A stretch of 64,000 nucleotides of DNA, taken from positions 40,300,001 to 40,364,000 of the forward strand of contig NC_043005.1 in the NCBI RefSeq assembly GCF_006345805.1. Reading direction: 5' to 3'. The stretch's first letter is position 1. Each line of letters begins with the position of its first letter. A program made the translations under genes and the position numbers. This DNA comes from Octopus sinensis (Eukaryota). Positions 39,795 to 55,055 of the stretch are shown in pieces. A model generated the notes under the pieces. The model searched no databases. It saw only the letters and a list, made by a program, of their open reading frames with translations, and was not told the origin of the DNA.

Positions 39795-40627
39795 ATTCTT
39801 TCTGAAATGTTTGAGGAGGAGACCAGTCGTTTACATCGACCCAAGTACTCGACTGGTACTTACTTTATTGACCCCGAAAGGATGAATGAAAAGCAATGTC
39901 GACTTCGGCGGAATTTGAGCTCAGAACGCAAAGCTGGAAGAAATACTGCTAAGTATTTTGTCCGGTACGCTAACGATTCTGCCAGCTCGCCGCTTTGCCC
40001 TAGTAACTAATGATAATCATCAAAAATTTTGATTCAAGGCTGGCAATTTTCTGGGAGGAGAAGGTTGATTACATTGACCCAATGCTCAACTGGTACTTAT
40101 TTTATCGACTACGAAAGGATGAAAAGTAAAATCGACCTTGACGGAATTTAAACTCAGAACATAAAGAGCCGGACGATATACCGTTTAGCATTTTGTCCAG
40201 CGAGCCAACAATCCCGTCAACTCACCACCTTTCTCGTAATTAATAATTCTTTCCGCTATAGGCACAATGCATGGCATTTTTGGTGTGGGGGTGCTAGTCG
40301 ATTATATCGCTCCAGTGCTTGACTGGTACTCGTTTTATCGACCCTGAAAAGATGAAAGGTAAAGTCGACCTCGCGCGGAATTTGAATTCAGAACGTAAAG
40401 AACCGGAAGAAATGCCGCAATGCATATTGTCCGGTGAGCTAACGATTCTGCTCAATTTGCCACCTTCTTTATAACAATTAATATTCCTTTCTACTATAGG
40501 CACAAGGCCTGGAATTTTTTTAGGGGAGTGGGGTAAGTCATTATATCGATCTCAGTGCATAACTGGAACTAATTTCATCGAACCTAAAAGGATGAAAGGC
40601 AAAGTTGCTCCGGTGGAATTTGAACTA
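39795..40627 (-). mobile_element. Tandem array of four family B SINEs
   Basis: ctggtactt..gatgaaag..gaatttgaactcag..gattctgccagctcgcc repeated four times head to tail; the last copy is 5'-truncated. Confidence 0.85.
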
Positions 40628-41454
40628 GTGTAGTAACTGTTAATGACAAGCTATCGCCTGTACCGCAATCGCTACCTTTACCTCATGTCATCTACCACGG
40701 GTAAGTGAAATTAAGTTGGGGCGTTAACTTCGTAGCATTTGCATTCTGTAATTTTAATTAATTTTATGAAATATATATATATTTATACGTTATGTATACG
40801 ATGTCTACACTATTCTTTATAATTTTGTTACTGTTTATCACTTTCAGCATTTATTTTTATAGCTTCTCAAGAAATTTTCAGATTGCATCCACATATAAAA
40901 GCTCTCTCCATTTGTTCTGGTTGATTGCCATTTCATATGTAGATTTTACTCGGAATTATTCTTCACAAGTTGCAAGCCAGCTGAAAGTAGTTTATTTTCA
41001 GATTTTTCTTTCTTCTAAAAGCTTAGCGCACAGCGTTTGTGTGTGTGTGTGTGTATTTAGTTACAGTTTAATACCTACTTCAGTTTTATTTCCTCATAAC
41101 TTTTTTTTTAATAATACCTAGGTTTTTTTTTTAATGAAATTTCGCAGAGATACGTTTTTGAAGGGGTAGATCATTTTATTGGTGAACTTAAAAGAAAGAA
41201 AAGTTATTCAGAAAGAAAAATAATTCCGTATCCTTTCAACCATTCCTGCACAACATAAAAAGATAACAACTTGACAGCATACCGATTTATATTATTCATT
41301 ACCAAGTTGAAACCAAAAAGTATGGCCGAAGAGATTTACGCTTTACCTTCTGCATTACAGATCGGAAGAATTCAGTAATGACGCAATTAGCAAATTTATC
41401 TACTACCATACAGATGGTAATATCCCGCAATGTGCCTTGTTTCTCTTAATATTC

Positions 41455-41890
41455 ATTTCAAATTTTGGCACAAGGCCAGCACTTTCGGGGCGGGGGTGGG
41501 GTAAGTCGATCACATCAACCCCGGTTTTCAACTGGTTCTTATTTTGACGACCTCGAAATGAGGAAAGGCAAAGTCAAGCTCAGCAAAATTTGAACTCAAT
41601 GTACAAAATGTCGCTAAGCATTTTGCCCGGTGTGCTAACGATTCTGCTAGCTTGCCGCCTTCCCTTAACTAATATTGGTTTCAATCTTTGGCACAAGGTC
41701 AGCGAGTTCGGAAGAAGCATAAGTCTATTAAATTGACCCCGGTGTCCAACTGGTACTTATTTAATTGTCTCCGAAAGGATGAAAGGCAAACTCGACCTAG
41801 GCGGAATTTGAAATCAGAACGTAAAGACGGACGAAATGCCGCTTAGCATTTTGCCCGGCGTGCTAACGATTCTGCCAGCTCGCTGCCTTC
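41455..41890 (-). mobile_element. Tandem pair of family B SINEs
   Basis: Two consecutive copies ending at ~41661 and ~41889. Confidence 0.85.
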
Positions 41891-42584
41891 TTTTCACTAA
41901 TATTGGAGCTAGAGTTATAAGAGGCAAAAGGAGTGCTTGTCCCGATCCCCCTTTCCATAGGTTACTCCGTCCCTCTTGTCAGAGACAAATTTCATGAACC
42001 TGAGGCAAGTTTGATTAGAAATTTAAGGTAAGTTTCGTCAATTGCTTAGTATTTTATGTTTTTACTTCCTTTCTTAGAATTTTTGTGAGAGTTTTTTTGT
42101 ATATTTACTAAAAGTTCTGTGGCAGCTCTGGTACAAATTTGTCAGTTCTAGCATTTAACATATATGTATAACATTTAACATATTTAGCATATATGTGTAC
42201 TTTTATACAACTTTACATTTATCTATAACTGATCAGTTTCGTTTGCATTTTATATTTGTATGCGTTATTCCCCAATTTCAGTTACATGCAATAAACGGAC
42301 TTTGCTGTGCACTTTAATTTTAGCGTATGAAAAGCTCGCATGAACTGAAGTATCCCAGTCCCAGTCTAAATCTGTCAATGTTTGATATCATTATGTTGTG
42401 CAATGATCCTAAGCAAGTTATTAAAATCTACCTCCATAAAATTTTATTAACATATTTGAATTATTAAGAAAGCTATAAGGCAGACACTAAATTATAGTTA
42501 TGCCTCAGGTATTAACCCCAAACTTGAACGATTAATTAAAACGGGTAACCTTCTTCGTTATTAGTATGGTATGACGAAGGTTCA

Positions 42585-43235
<651 letters not shown>

Positions 43236-43269
43236 ATTCATATATATATATATATATGTGTATGTCATT

Positions 43270-45676
43270 ATTAAGTTTTATTTCAAGATTTCTTGCCAAG
43301 ATTTTAACCTTGACCCAAGGCTCCTCCATTGTAATTTCAACATCAACATAATTTTTTTGCATGTATGTATATGTGCAGTATTTGGAATCAGTGCACGTGT
43401 AGATTTGTATGTCTTGTTTTATGTATGCATTCTCATGCATATAGTTGCATGTTTAGACATGCACATATATACTTAAATAACAAACTTCTTGAAAGTTTTA
43501 CAGATTTTTACACTTCCAGTGATGGCTTGGATGTGTAATCTTCGAATCAGCTTATTCCTTTCTGGTTTTGAGAAGCCTAATTTCTCAAGATTGGTATTTA
43601 GGCAGTGTGTTACATATCCTAATGCCCCAATAATTACAGGTATAAACTTGTAATCTGGGTAGAGTAACTGTAGATTTCTCAATAGTTCAGCATAGGTATT
43701 CTCTTTTTGCTGATCTTTAGCTTTTTGTTAACATCTGCTGTGCAGCTGATTTCCACAACTTACACAGTTTCTCTTCTCTATCCCAAATCATTATATCAGG
43801 TCTATTGTGTTTACATTTATTGAGGTTTTCACTGGGACATTCTACCAGTACTCCTTATTATGAGTGACTAGAACTTCTACTATACTGTGGATTCTTATTT
43901 TTTGGCTTCAAGGTAATTCTTCCGACGGATCTCATTATACAGTGTCCTAGCTACATCATACCTCATCGGCAGATAATACTGTGATGACATTTTCGGACAA
44001 CGGCTTATGGTGTAGGTGATATCCTCGGTGTTGACTCCACGAAATCTGCATTGGTTATCACATTTTTGGTGCTTTTTATGCATCTCTGTCCCTTTTGTGC
44101 ACCAAGTATTTGGTTGATATTTCCTGTTCCTGGATTGTAAACGCATACTCTTCAAAGTGGGAGTTAGCAATCTGGTTGCTGTTCCGTGATAGACTGCTTT
44201 GATGATCAGTGTTACTGTCATCTCGGAGTAGAACTAACGAATCCATGTGTGGTCTTCTAGCGATACACGTTCATCCTTTCACCTGATGATACGTTGCGGT
44301 AGAGTGGCGCGACTTCTTTGGGCATGTATTTAAGGTTATAAAAAAAAAGAATGCTGCTCAAGGTGTTGCTTTCCAAGTCTTATGATGTTATCAGCCTCAT
44401 GTATGCAAACTTGGTCAAGAGATGCACTTCGGCACTTGGTGGTGAAAACATTTATTGTTTTAAGTAGGTCTACATCGCTGTTGATGTGGAAATTATCTGT
44501 GCTGGTTAGTATAGTCCGGGTTTTCATATGAATGGCTCGGATCTCATCAAACGTCCAGTCAACTAGCCAAAATTTTGGTATGAGTACTGGCGTTGCAAAC
44601 ACATTGTGAGCCACTGTTTTATTGAAAGCAGTGAGTTCTGAGGTTCATGTTTTCTTTATTCGACTGTAATATTCCTCAGTGACACGTGTCTTGTTACAGG
44701 TACCATCATAAGATAAGTTTTCATCCACCATTAGATACCTGTAAAATCCTTATCAGATATAGGAGAAACAGTTAAATTATTGATGGAGATGTTGCTAGTC
44801 TAGTTTACAGTTTTCCCTCTTTTCACAACCATATAGCAACATTTAACTTCATCAAACTTCAACCCTATATCCTTTGAGAATGTTGTAACCAGGTCAAGAC
44901 TCTTTTTGTTCTCATCCATATTCTTGGAATATAGTTTCAAGTCGTCCATGGAGAAACAGTGTGTAATTTTGGTATTTCTGTTTCCTTATAAACCAGTGAG
45001 ATATTCGTCAGAATCCTTAATATGAATGACAAGGGGATTTACAGAAAGTATAAACAGTATCACAAAGAGGCTGTCTCCTTGGAATACACATCTGCGATAC
45101 TGTATTCTATCAATGACAATTCAATCACTCATTGTATTTAACTTCAAAATGGTGGCCCACAATGAAGTCAGCTCAGCTATTGCTTTGACTATGCTCACTG
45201 GAAGTTTAGCTAGTCGAAGGGCTTCTAGCATCCATTAGTGGGGAACAGAGTCAGAGGCTTTCTTGTAATGTAGCCACATTGAAACTAGGTTTCTCCTATG
45301 CTCCTTGATATGTCACGCATTATGACGACGTATTTTGTCGTCTACGTGACTGGCCCGAACGGCTTACCTCGCCGACTAACACTGCTTGCTGTGTCTGTCC
45401 ACTATTTATCAGTAGTGGAACTGCCCACTTCACACTTGGGGGTGTCCGCCACAATTCTTCCTCCCCATTGACATTTTTTCTTCCACTCAGAATTATTTTT
45501 CTCTTTAGAATGCCGGTTGCGCTACTAACACATAGCAACCTGACTTAAATCCTTCACATGGACTTATTATTATTCTTTCTTCCACACAAAATTATTTTTC
45601 TCTTCAGAATGCTGCAGGTAGTACCAGTCTACATTGTTTACCGGTAGCACATAGCGACCTGCCTAAAACCCTTCAC

Positions 45677-45725
<49 letters not shown>

Positions 45726-47140
45726 CATCATCATCATCATCATCATTATCATCATCATCATCATCATCATCATTATTATTATTATTATTATTATTATCGT
45801 TATTGTTATTGTTGTTGTTGTTGCTGTTGTTGTTGTTGTTTTCTTCTTCTACACTGAATTATTTTTCTCTTCAGAATGCCGAAGGTAGTACCAGTCTACA
45901 TTGTTTGCCGGTAGCGCTACTAACACATAACGACCTGGCTAAAATCCTTCGAACGGATTTATATTATTTTTCACTGCGTGTAGTTAACTTCCGAGTTAGA
46001 GTTCCAGTTTTATCAGACATTTTTTTCTTCAGAATTTTTTTTCAATAGAATTTATATATTTCTCACTGTGTGTATATTAATTTTCACTGTGTGTAGTTCA
46101 GTTCCTTCTTGAACAAGATTTATTTTTCACTACGTGTGTACGAAACCTCGTCGCCACTGATATGTCCCGCATTATGATGACGTGTTTCGTCGTCTGCGTG
46201 ACTAGCCCGTACGGCGTACCTCGTCGACTGACGCTGCTTGCTGTGCCTATCCACTATTTATCAGTAGTGGAATAGCCCGCTTTTCACTTGGGGGTGTCCG
46301 CCACAAGACTTCCGCATCTCAGACATTACTGTTTTGTTTATTAACAATTGCTCAGCTATCCCCAGATTCCTTTCCTCCCAACTGCTTGTTCTGCTGTGAT
46401 CATGTTATTACTTTCACAATGGTCTTAGAGGAAGAAGTTTAAACATGCTGTATATATTTTATACATTAAATTCTGGCATGCTATTGGCCGGTAGTTTTTT
46501 GCCTTGTGGGTGGTTCTGCATTTGGGGATCAATTTATTCTCTGCCAGAGCTAACCAGTGTGTTATGCTATTATCCTCATTGGGAGCTTGCTGGTACAGGT
46601 TGATAAGATATGGTCGGTAGAAGGTTAGCTTCTTGTTAATTTCAGATCTTTTTTTTAAAATTAAGTTACTTTCACTAATTTTCTTCCTATATTGCACAAA
46701 CTGCTTGTTGGAGTAAGCAGGAAAATAATTTATTTCTGGATGATGATTGCTCCAGTATGATTTCATTCTATGGAGTTTTGCTCCGCTCTTTTAGTTAAAT
46801 AAATCAGTATTCAATTCATAACTCCAAGTAAATATGTTTTGTAGTTACGGTTTCTTCTATAACTACAGCTGAAGAAAATCTTTTTAACTACTGAGCTGTT
46901 ATTTTCGTTCTGTTCCTCGGTTGAGTTGTTGATATTTTGTCCAACCATGTTTGTAGTAACTCTCTGCATGGTAAATTCAAGTTTCAGTCGAAAATCATAA
47001 CGATCTTGAATAAAAGACTCCCTCGGTTAATTTATCTGGAGATTAGCCAGTTATTTAACAGGGCTGATTGTTGTAGTTTCAAAGTTGGAGATAGTATTGA
47101 TAGTATTTTCGATAGTCTCCCACGCCAAATACACGACTTG
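43270..47140 (-). mobile_element. R4/Dong-like LINE pseudogene (RT, CCHC, RLE) interrupted by a TRIM-like element
   Basis: NYRPIACQNLMYKIYT; AEQLLINKT; SMWLHYKKASDSVPH; FQGDSL; HCFSMDDLKLY; CRF..EDITYTISRCP; HNRPDI; FIPVIIGALG; many stops. Confidence 0.88.
45306..46305 (-). mobile_element. TRIM-like non-autonomous LTR retrotransposon (1 kb)
   Basis: 148-bp TG..CA direct repeats at 45306-45453 and 46158-46305 (~18 mismatches by eye). On the - strand, PBS-like TGGCGACGAGG lies 1 nt after the 5' LTR and PPT ggggaggaagaa lies before the 3' LTR. Interior is non-coding. Confidence 0.85.
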
Positions 47141-47196
47141 CCGCGTCGAGTCCGGACGTATTATGTATGTATGAATGTATGTACGTAATGTATATA

Positions 47197-47269
<73 letters not shown>

Positions 47270-47480
47270 CATCATCATCATCATCATCGTTTAACGTCCG
47301 CTTTCCATGCTAGCATGGGTTAGACGGTTCAACTGGGGTCTGGGAAGCCAGAAGGCTGCACCAGGCCAGTCAGATCTGGCAGTGTTTCTACAGCTGGATG
47401 CCCTTCCTAACGCCAACCACTCCGTGAGTGTAGTGGGTGCTTTTTATGTGCCACCGACACAGGTGCCAGACGAGGCTGGC
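47270..47480 (-). mobile_element. (GAT)n-tailed RTE-like 3' end or SINE, well preserved
   Basis: (CAT)n-cgtttaacgtccgctttccatgctagcatgggtt..ctggatgcccttcctaacgccaacc. Confidence 0.55.
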
Positions 47481-47662
47481 GAAATAAACCAATCTAATGT
47501 TGGCATCCTAGCTGAGTCACAACCAATAAAAGATTATTTTTTTTTATATATATTTTTATATATTTATATATATATATATGTATGTGTGTATGTCTATGTA
47601 TGTATGTATGTATGTATGTATGTATGTATGTATGTATGTATGTATGTATGTATGTATGTATG

Positions 47663-47725
<63 letters not shown>

Positions 47726-48116
47726 GCTTGTATGTATGCGCCTGTTTGTGTGTGTATCTATATTCATGAAGTCACGTTCTTTACTTCTTTACCAATTCTT
47801 ACAGTTGCAGAACAGGCAACCTCATATGGAACCTTGCAGACAAACCCGGTTATAGCTGATATAAATCATTATGAACCCGATTAACACTCCTAAACACTAA
47901 CATTCTGTGAAATTAGTAACCTTAATTTTTGTATTTTCCTTATTAATAATTCTTATTGTTATCAGATTAGCTATGAAATTTGTAAGCAGCTGATTCAAGA
48001 TAAATAACTCACTCATTTAAAAGTAAATTAGTTTCCTAAGCTATAGTCTTAACGAAAAGAACCACTGAAATGACTACAAGTGTATATTTTGGTCGTCTGA
48101 AAATCCTGTGGTTTAT

Positions 48117-48351
48117 ATATTTCTTTATTGCCCACAAGGGGCTAGACATAGACGGGACAAACAAGGACAGACAAAGTGATTAAGTCGATTACATCGGCCC
48201 CAGTGCGTAACTGGTACTTTATTTATCGACCCCGAAAGGATGAAAGGCAAAGTCGACCTCGACGGAATTTGAACTCAGAACGTAACGGCAGACAAAATAC
48301 GGCTACGCATATCGCCCGGCGTGCTAACGTTTCTGCCAGCTCGCCGCCTTA
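48117..48351 (-). mobile_element. Young family B SINE with LINE-like tail and 10-bp TSD
   Basis: Intact head and Deu/Nin core; TSD tgtggtttat at 48107-48116 and 48352-48361. Confidence 0.9.
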
Positions 48352-49051
48352 TGTGGTTTATCATTGTTAATTGCATCAGAGATATGTAACCATTTCGTCA
48401 AACTCCGAGTTATAACATTACTAGTCCTGGAGATTATAAATCGTATAGTTCATGTTTTTGTATTGAGTTCTCTTCCTATTTGTCTCATGTAATTCATATT
48501 ACACACACACATACACACGCATGCACGCACAAACGTGTAAATCGTCTGCGTTATATAGGTGTTGCGTGCTTGAAAATCTTGCTCCAGAGTCGAATTCCAT
48601 TGTATCTAACACGTTCTCATCATTGACTTCAATGTTAAAAGAAAGTGTTAACAATGGTGCCTACATATTTACAAGGCAAAATATATGTTTACTTAAAATA
48701 TATAACCGTAAGTTTATCTCGTACTTTTAGAAAGGCCTTCGTTTTCTAGTGCATCTTTTAATTCATTTATATTGCAAAGATTACACTGTTATGCTAATCA
48801 GATAAACCAATTTAGTGCACGTATGTTATAAAGGGCTATGAACTACTATCCTCACTGTGAAGCAGGAATGAATAACAAAATCCAGATGAAGTTTTAATGA
48901 AAGCAATTTTTACTCAGATTATTCCTTTTTTATCTTGTAACAGAATAAAAGCCTACGGTTTAAGCTTGATGGTATTTATTTTTCATAGCAATGTTTACTA
49001 AAAGTGTATGCACAGATTATCGTCATACCTACTTATCACATAATTCTGTAG

Positions 49052-49144
<93 letters not shown>

Positions 49145-49249
49145 GTCTACCTGTCTGTCTGTCTGTCTGTATGTATGTATGTCTAAACACACACACACAT
49201 ACATATACATACACACACGCGTATACAAACATACATACACCCACCAACA

Positions 49250-50310
49250 TAAACTGGTTGCGTCGAATATTTGCGAACACAAGTGGGCCATAAATGGATG
49301 ACAAAGGCGGCGGATTTTCGCCCATAGCACCCAGACTTTGTTAAGATAACCCCGTAGTTTTTACAAAATGAAGATGATTTTTATGTAGCCATTATTAGAA
49401 GCCTATAGAAAAAGAATTATATGGATGTAAATTCTATTTCGTCCTCTCAATGCTGAGAAGGCTCCAAAATTTCCCTCACATCCTGCTGGCGTCCGTAGTA
49501 GGTGGTCGGGTCAATACTTATCATTTGCAGAATCACTGAACTAATTAAATATTATATGTCAAGCGCCAAATTTTAACTTTCTGATTTTTTTCCAGACATA
49601 TCGACAGCATCAACAGAGAAGATTCCAATTTGAAATAGAAATTGAAAAGGTACCCCAAGTTCATGGCTCTAACTACCAACCACAGTGAATCGGAGATCAT
49701 CTTTTCCTTGAACGTAATCAAGTCTTTCATTTTCAGAGTTTAGAAAGAACTGAAAGTCTCTGGAGGGGACTTGTCATCCGTGGTCAATGGTAAAAAAGCA
49801 TTCCTGTGGTTGGACGTCATTAAAATGACTAACTTCCTCCAGCAGCTTCAGGACATCTTGAATGACAACTCCATCAGGTCAATGTGAGCTACTGCCGAGA
49901 AGGGCAATGTGGTGAACTGCACCATCAGACGTATGGTGTACGAAAATATCATGCACTTGTCCTATGTTTTGACAGGAGGGCAGTTCATGTCCGGCAAAGC
50001 CCAGGATACCCATGTAATCACGTGATCCACAGCAAGAGATGGTCTCTTAAATCTCTTGGCTTAAATCACCTGGACAACTGCGTCTGCAAGACATTGGTGG
50101 AGGCCAATCGGGCATCCCACAGTGCCAAGGACATGTTGAAGGCAGCCACCGGAAGCGTTGAGTGCAACAGGGATGGGGACTCTCTGATGCAGCAAGCTGC
50201 CGCTTAGGTTGCTGAATAGGGGTCGTTGCTGGCATGGTGAGTTTATTGAATAAGCGGTTATTTTGATGTATATAGTTGAAGGTGTGTGTCTTTATTCTGG
50301 GACCGAGTAT
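49250..50310 (+). mobile_element. Decayed Tc1/mariner (maT/DD37D-like) relics
   Basis: Traces FLQQLQDILNDNSIRSM, IRRMVYEN..SYV and LNHLDNCVCK..ANRASHSAKDMLKAA (cf. DLNPLDY.VW...TN...H.T.DSLKAAI); a second fragment at ~49250-49430. Confidence 0.5.
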
Positions 50311-50799
50311 ATATTTTTTCCAATTTGGTGTCTTTGTTTTTCATTGTTTTGATTTGTTCTCAATTGCCTAAAGGTTTTGAATATTATCACGTATGTGCAC
50401 CACGCGTGTGTGTGTGATATAACTGCATTTATATACTATAATATAATGTAATATAATATTAATGTAATATAATATAATATAATATAATATAATATAATAT
50501 AATATATATAATATAATATAATATAATATAATATATAATACCTATTATATAATATAATACATATATGTATGTGTGTGTATGTATGCGTGTGTGTGTTTGT
50601 GTACTCATTGTGATGATGCACTCTTTAAAAATATGAATATATAAAGGTGCATCAACAATGAAAAAGTTTTATTTTCATGTATAAGTAATTACGCACGCGT
50701 GTGAGATAAAAGGAGTGAGTGAGTGAGAGACAGACACAGAATGTATTCATGCACGTATGTATGCATGTAAATATATGCATAGGTAATTGGATATTTACG

Positions 50800-50867
<68 letters not shown>

Positions 50868-51170
50868 GTAGATACATGCATTTATTTGAAATCGTTCACA
50901 TACATGTATGAGTGTGTATATATATGTGTGTGTACAGCTACCTATACACGTGCATTTAACTTACGTGCCTATGTGTTTGTATAAATACATACCTAAGCAT
51001 ACAATTAGATGTGTGTGTGTAGGTATGTATGTATTTATGTATGTATACACACACACACACATATACATGCATACATATATATATGATATGATATATTTAT
51101 ATAATATATAATATATATATATACATACATATACGTATATATAATATAATTTATATATATACACACATAC

Positions 51171-51263
<93 letters not shown>

Positions 51264-52019
51264 ATATACATACATACATACATACAAACATACATACATA
51301 CATACATACGCCTATATATTCGTCGCACTTATGTCCACATAAGTGATGTATATAACATCAAAGTGCAGAAGTTACAACAAAAAACACCGTTTCCAAAGGA
51401 AAACCGGATATTAATTGAGTTAATAATGTCACTTGAGAAGATCATACATAAAACATTATGAAAAAGAAAAATGCAACAACTGTTTGGAGAAAGATTTATA
51501 GATTTTTCTGGTCTATCTATCCTCCCATCATGATAACTATAGAATAGGAATGGAAATGGAAATAGGAAAAACTATTCATTTTGGTGCTGAAGCAATATAA
51601 GTGAATAAATAAATATACGTAACCCACATATATATGTAGCCTCGCTGCGAAATTATGCATACAAGAGCCTTTTCTGCAGTACAAGGTGTGAACGGAGAAA
51701 AAGGTTGTATTGTTATTTAGCAATTCATCAGAATTTGCTCACTTCTCTTTCTCAAACTGCGGATGATAGTAGCTGAGGGCTACTTATTAAAACGGAGGGA
51801 GAAAAAAATGGAATTTTGGCATATATTCATTTACATAAAGTTGCAAGGTTGATGAGAAGACAGAAATTGCCGGAGCAGCAACACAGCGTCGGATATGAAT
51901 ACATGCATACATATGTATAAATGCATGCCTGTATGCACAACTCTTTTCTCTCAATCTATCTATCTAGCTATCTGTCTGTATGTCTGTTTACAAACGTACA
52001 TACATACATGTACAAATGC

Positions 52020-52740
52020 ACACACACACACACACGCACACACACAATTCCACACACACACGACTCGACACACACGACTCCACACACACACGACTCCATG
52101 CACACACACGACTCCACACACACACACGACTCCACACACACACGACTCCATGCACACACACGACTCCACACACACACACGACTCCACACACACACACGAC
52201 TCCACACACACACACACACACGACTCCACACACACACGACACCACACACACACATGCGACTCTACACACACACATGCGCACACGACTCCACACACACATA
52301 CACACACACGCGCGACTCCACACACACACACGACTCCACACACACACGACTCCATGCACACACACGACTCCACACACACACACGACTCCACACACACACA
52401 CACACACACACACGACTCCATACACACACATGACTCCACACACACACACGACTCCACACACACACACGACACCACACACACACATGCGACTCTACACACA
52501 CACATGCGCACACGACTCCACACACACATACACACACACGCGCGACTCCACACACACACACGACTCCACACACACACATGCGCACACGACTCCACACACG
52601 CGCGCACGACTCCACACACACACACACGACTCTACACTCATACACACGCATGCATTCACATATTCTCACACATACATGCATACACGACTCCACATACACA
52701 CACACAGCTCTACACATACATACACACGCATGCATTGACA
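52020..52740. repeat. (CA)n-CGACTC minisatellite with ~230-bp higher-order duplication
   Basis: Unit ~14-20 bp; the variant block tgcgactcta..tgcgcacacgactc..cgcgcgactc occurs at ~52255 and ~52485. Confidence 0.9.
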
Positions 52741-53149
52741 TATAATCTCCCACATATATGCATGCAAACAGACACCCTAACCACTAAGTCATGCGCTTCC
52801 ACATTAAAATAGTGAGGTGGCAGTGCCATCCATGGCATCCCCTTAGCGACGGGCACTCGCCCGTTATTGTTCAATAGGCGTTTGATATTTATTTGATCTT
52901 AAGGAGGGTACATCGCAGCTTTTGCCAGTCAGTTTACAGTTGTTGCTCCTACTTCAAAGAGTTCTGCTTAGCTAAGCTTTACGTGTAGCATTTTCGGGTT
53001 TGTACTTTTTCAAAAATTAAGACATGTATTTTACTCCACCCACCATTAACAAAAAAGAAAAGAAAAAAAATAGAACCACCGATAATCTCCCCGCTAAAAT
53101 AAAAAAAATAAAAACATAAAGTACCACCTAATCTCTTCACTAAAAGAAA

Positions 53150-54740
53150 AAAAAAAAGAAAAACGGAAAAAGAAAGAAGAAGTGTTAACTTGAAATAATG
53201 AAAAGCGGGAAAATGAATTCATATCTATAGCGATTCGCTCCGGAAAACTATTGTGTATTGTTTGTAAAAATAGTTTCTTACAATAATGGGAGACATGATC
53301 TCAATGGAAGCTAAAACAGCAAGACAACATAAAAAGATGGAAAATTGAAGTTAGGGCTTGTGCCTAAATAACAAAAAAAAAAAGAGAAAAAAACATGATT
53401 AAGAAAAGGGAAGCAATTAAGCGAATGTAAAACGTATATGTTTTGAAAGAAGTTGTGAAAGTTTGGCGATAAAAGGAGCGTTCTATAAAATTACTTTAGT
53501 GTTATCAGTAGAAAAATCCTTGTCTCCAAATATTTGCAACAAGATGTCTTGGTGATAAAAATATCGAAAGAAAAGCAGACAAAATTGCTCTGTCAAAGCA
53601 AAGTTACGAGACACATCAAAGAACTCTCTTGTGAGGTATTTGAAAAGCCGAAATATTTTTCAATGCTTATTCTTTGTTCTCTTTAGCTTTGAACGAATCT
53701 ACTGTCAATTTTATAATAGAATTTGATGACAGCTTCAGTATCTTTGAAGTTGCTTCACGGAAAAACAAGAGGATCAGATAAAATGATTAAAGGCGCACCT
53801 TGAAAATCTAGAAGTAGATTTTTATTAAAGTCATAAGTATTTACACTGGTGCTAATCCGTTATGCCGTTGGAAGTACAACTTCGTATGTAAATCTCTTAG
53901 ATAGTTCATTATCAAAATATAAACGTACACCACAAGTTGTTGGGGAGAAAAACTTCAAACATGCAGCATTTTATATCAACAGTTATGAAATACAGGAATA
54001 AATTTTGAGCAAGTGTACTAAACAGAACAATTCAGAAAATATTGTAGTATATTAGATTTGGAATATGGCGATCATGTCCTCGATTGTTGTCGTGCACTGG
54101 AATTCTAAAGGACAGGTTCTGAATACAACTTGGAAATTGAAAAGTTCTGTTAATAATTTTCTTGAATAGAAAAACCGAGCTCTCGCAAAGGACCATCTGA
54201 AAATGTAATACCAATTGACTGTTTGATTTAGCATTTTCAGTTGACGTGACCAGCCAATTCAATGATCTAAATATGAAACTGCAAGAGAGGGACAAACGAT
54301 GAAATTAAAACTGTTCATCTGTTAGCTAGAAAATAAATTGAACCAATTTCCTCAAAGGAGCGGAGTAACTGTGCTGGGGATAAAGGCAACTTTGCAAAAT
54401 ATGTTAAACAATCAGGTTACTTTAACTTGAAGGCCATTTCATAAATTTGCTATACGTTGTATACTTGTATTGTAAGGAACTTAGTGAACATTACATAAAT
54501 GAATAAATAACATCATGAAAACGCCTGGTGACATACGAATGGAACTTATTAACTCGAAAACAAATTCATTATCAAACATGAAATTTGATAAGTTTCTTTC
54601 AGCTCTAAATGCTTTTGTCATAATTAATTTTTGACGATCTGTGAATATATATTATAGAATTTCTGTGAACATATTTTAAAAGTAAGAAGATTAGCCTAGA
54701 GTTACATCTGTCGCTTCAGAACCTCGTATAGAAGTGAACG
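53150..54740 (+). pseudogene. Decayed hAT (Charlie/SPIN, GTF2IRD2-like) transposase
   Basis: Colinear fragments IALSKQ.VTRHIKELS; YSLFSLALNEST; LDLEYGD..VHWNSKGQVL; LFDLAFSVDVTSQFNDLNMKLQ. Confidence 0.7.
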
Positions 54741-54761
54741 AACACTTTCATACATAAAACT

Positions 54762-54762
<1 letters not shown>

Positions 54763-54840
<78 letters not shown>

Positions 54841-54855
54841 AAAAAAAGAGAGAGT

Positions 54856-54887
<32 letters not shown>

Positions 54888-54928
54888 GGAGAAAAAAAAA
54901 GAGAGAGTGAGAGAGAGAGAGAGAGAGA
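54763..54928. repeat. (GA)n microsatellite
   Basis: Direct observation; another at ~56930-57100. Confidence 0.95.
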
Positions 54929-55055
54929 CATGCACACACACACAGAGGGAGGGAGAGAAGTCGCAACCAACTGATTTAAGTTTGAAGACTTCACTGATGG
55001 TTTCACTCAAAACATTAAAAGCTTAACGAAATCTAAATACACCAGAATCTTTATA

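Noticed and set aside
51895-52812. 305-aa His/Thr-rich ORF, the longest in the window
   Set aside because: It consists almost entirely of minisatellite and is open in several frames on both strands.
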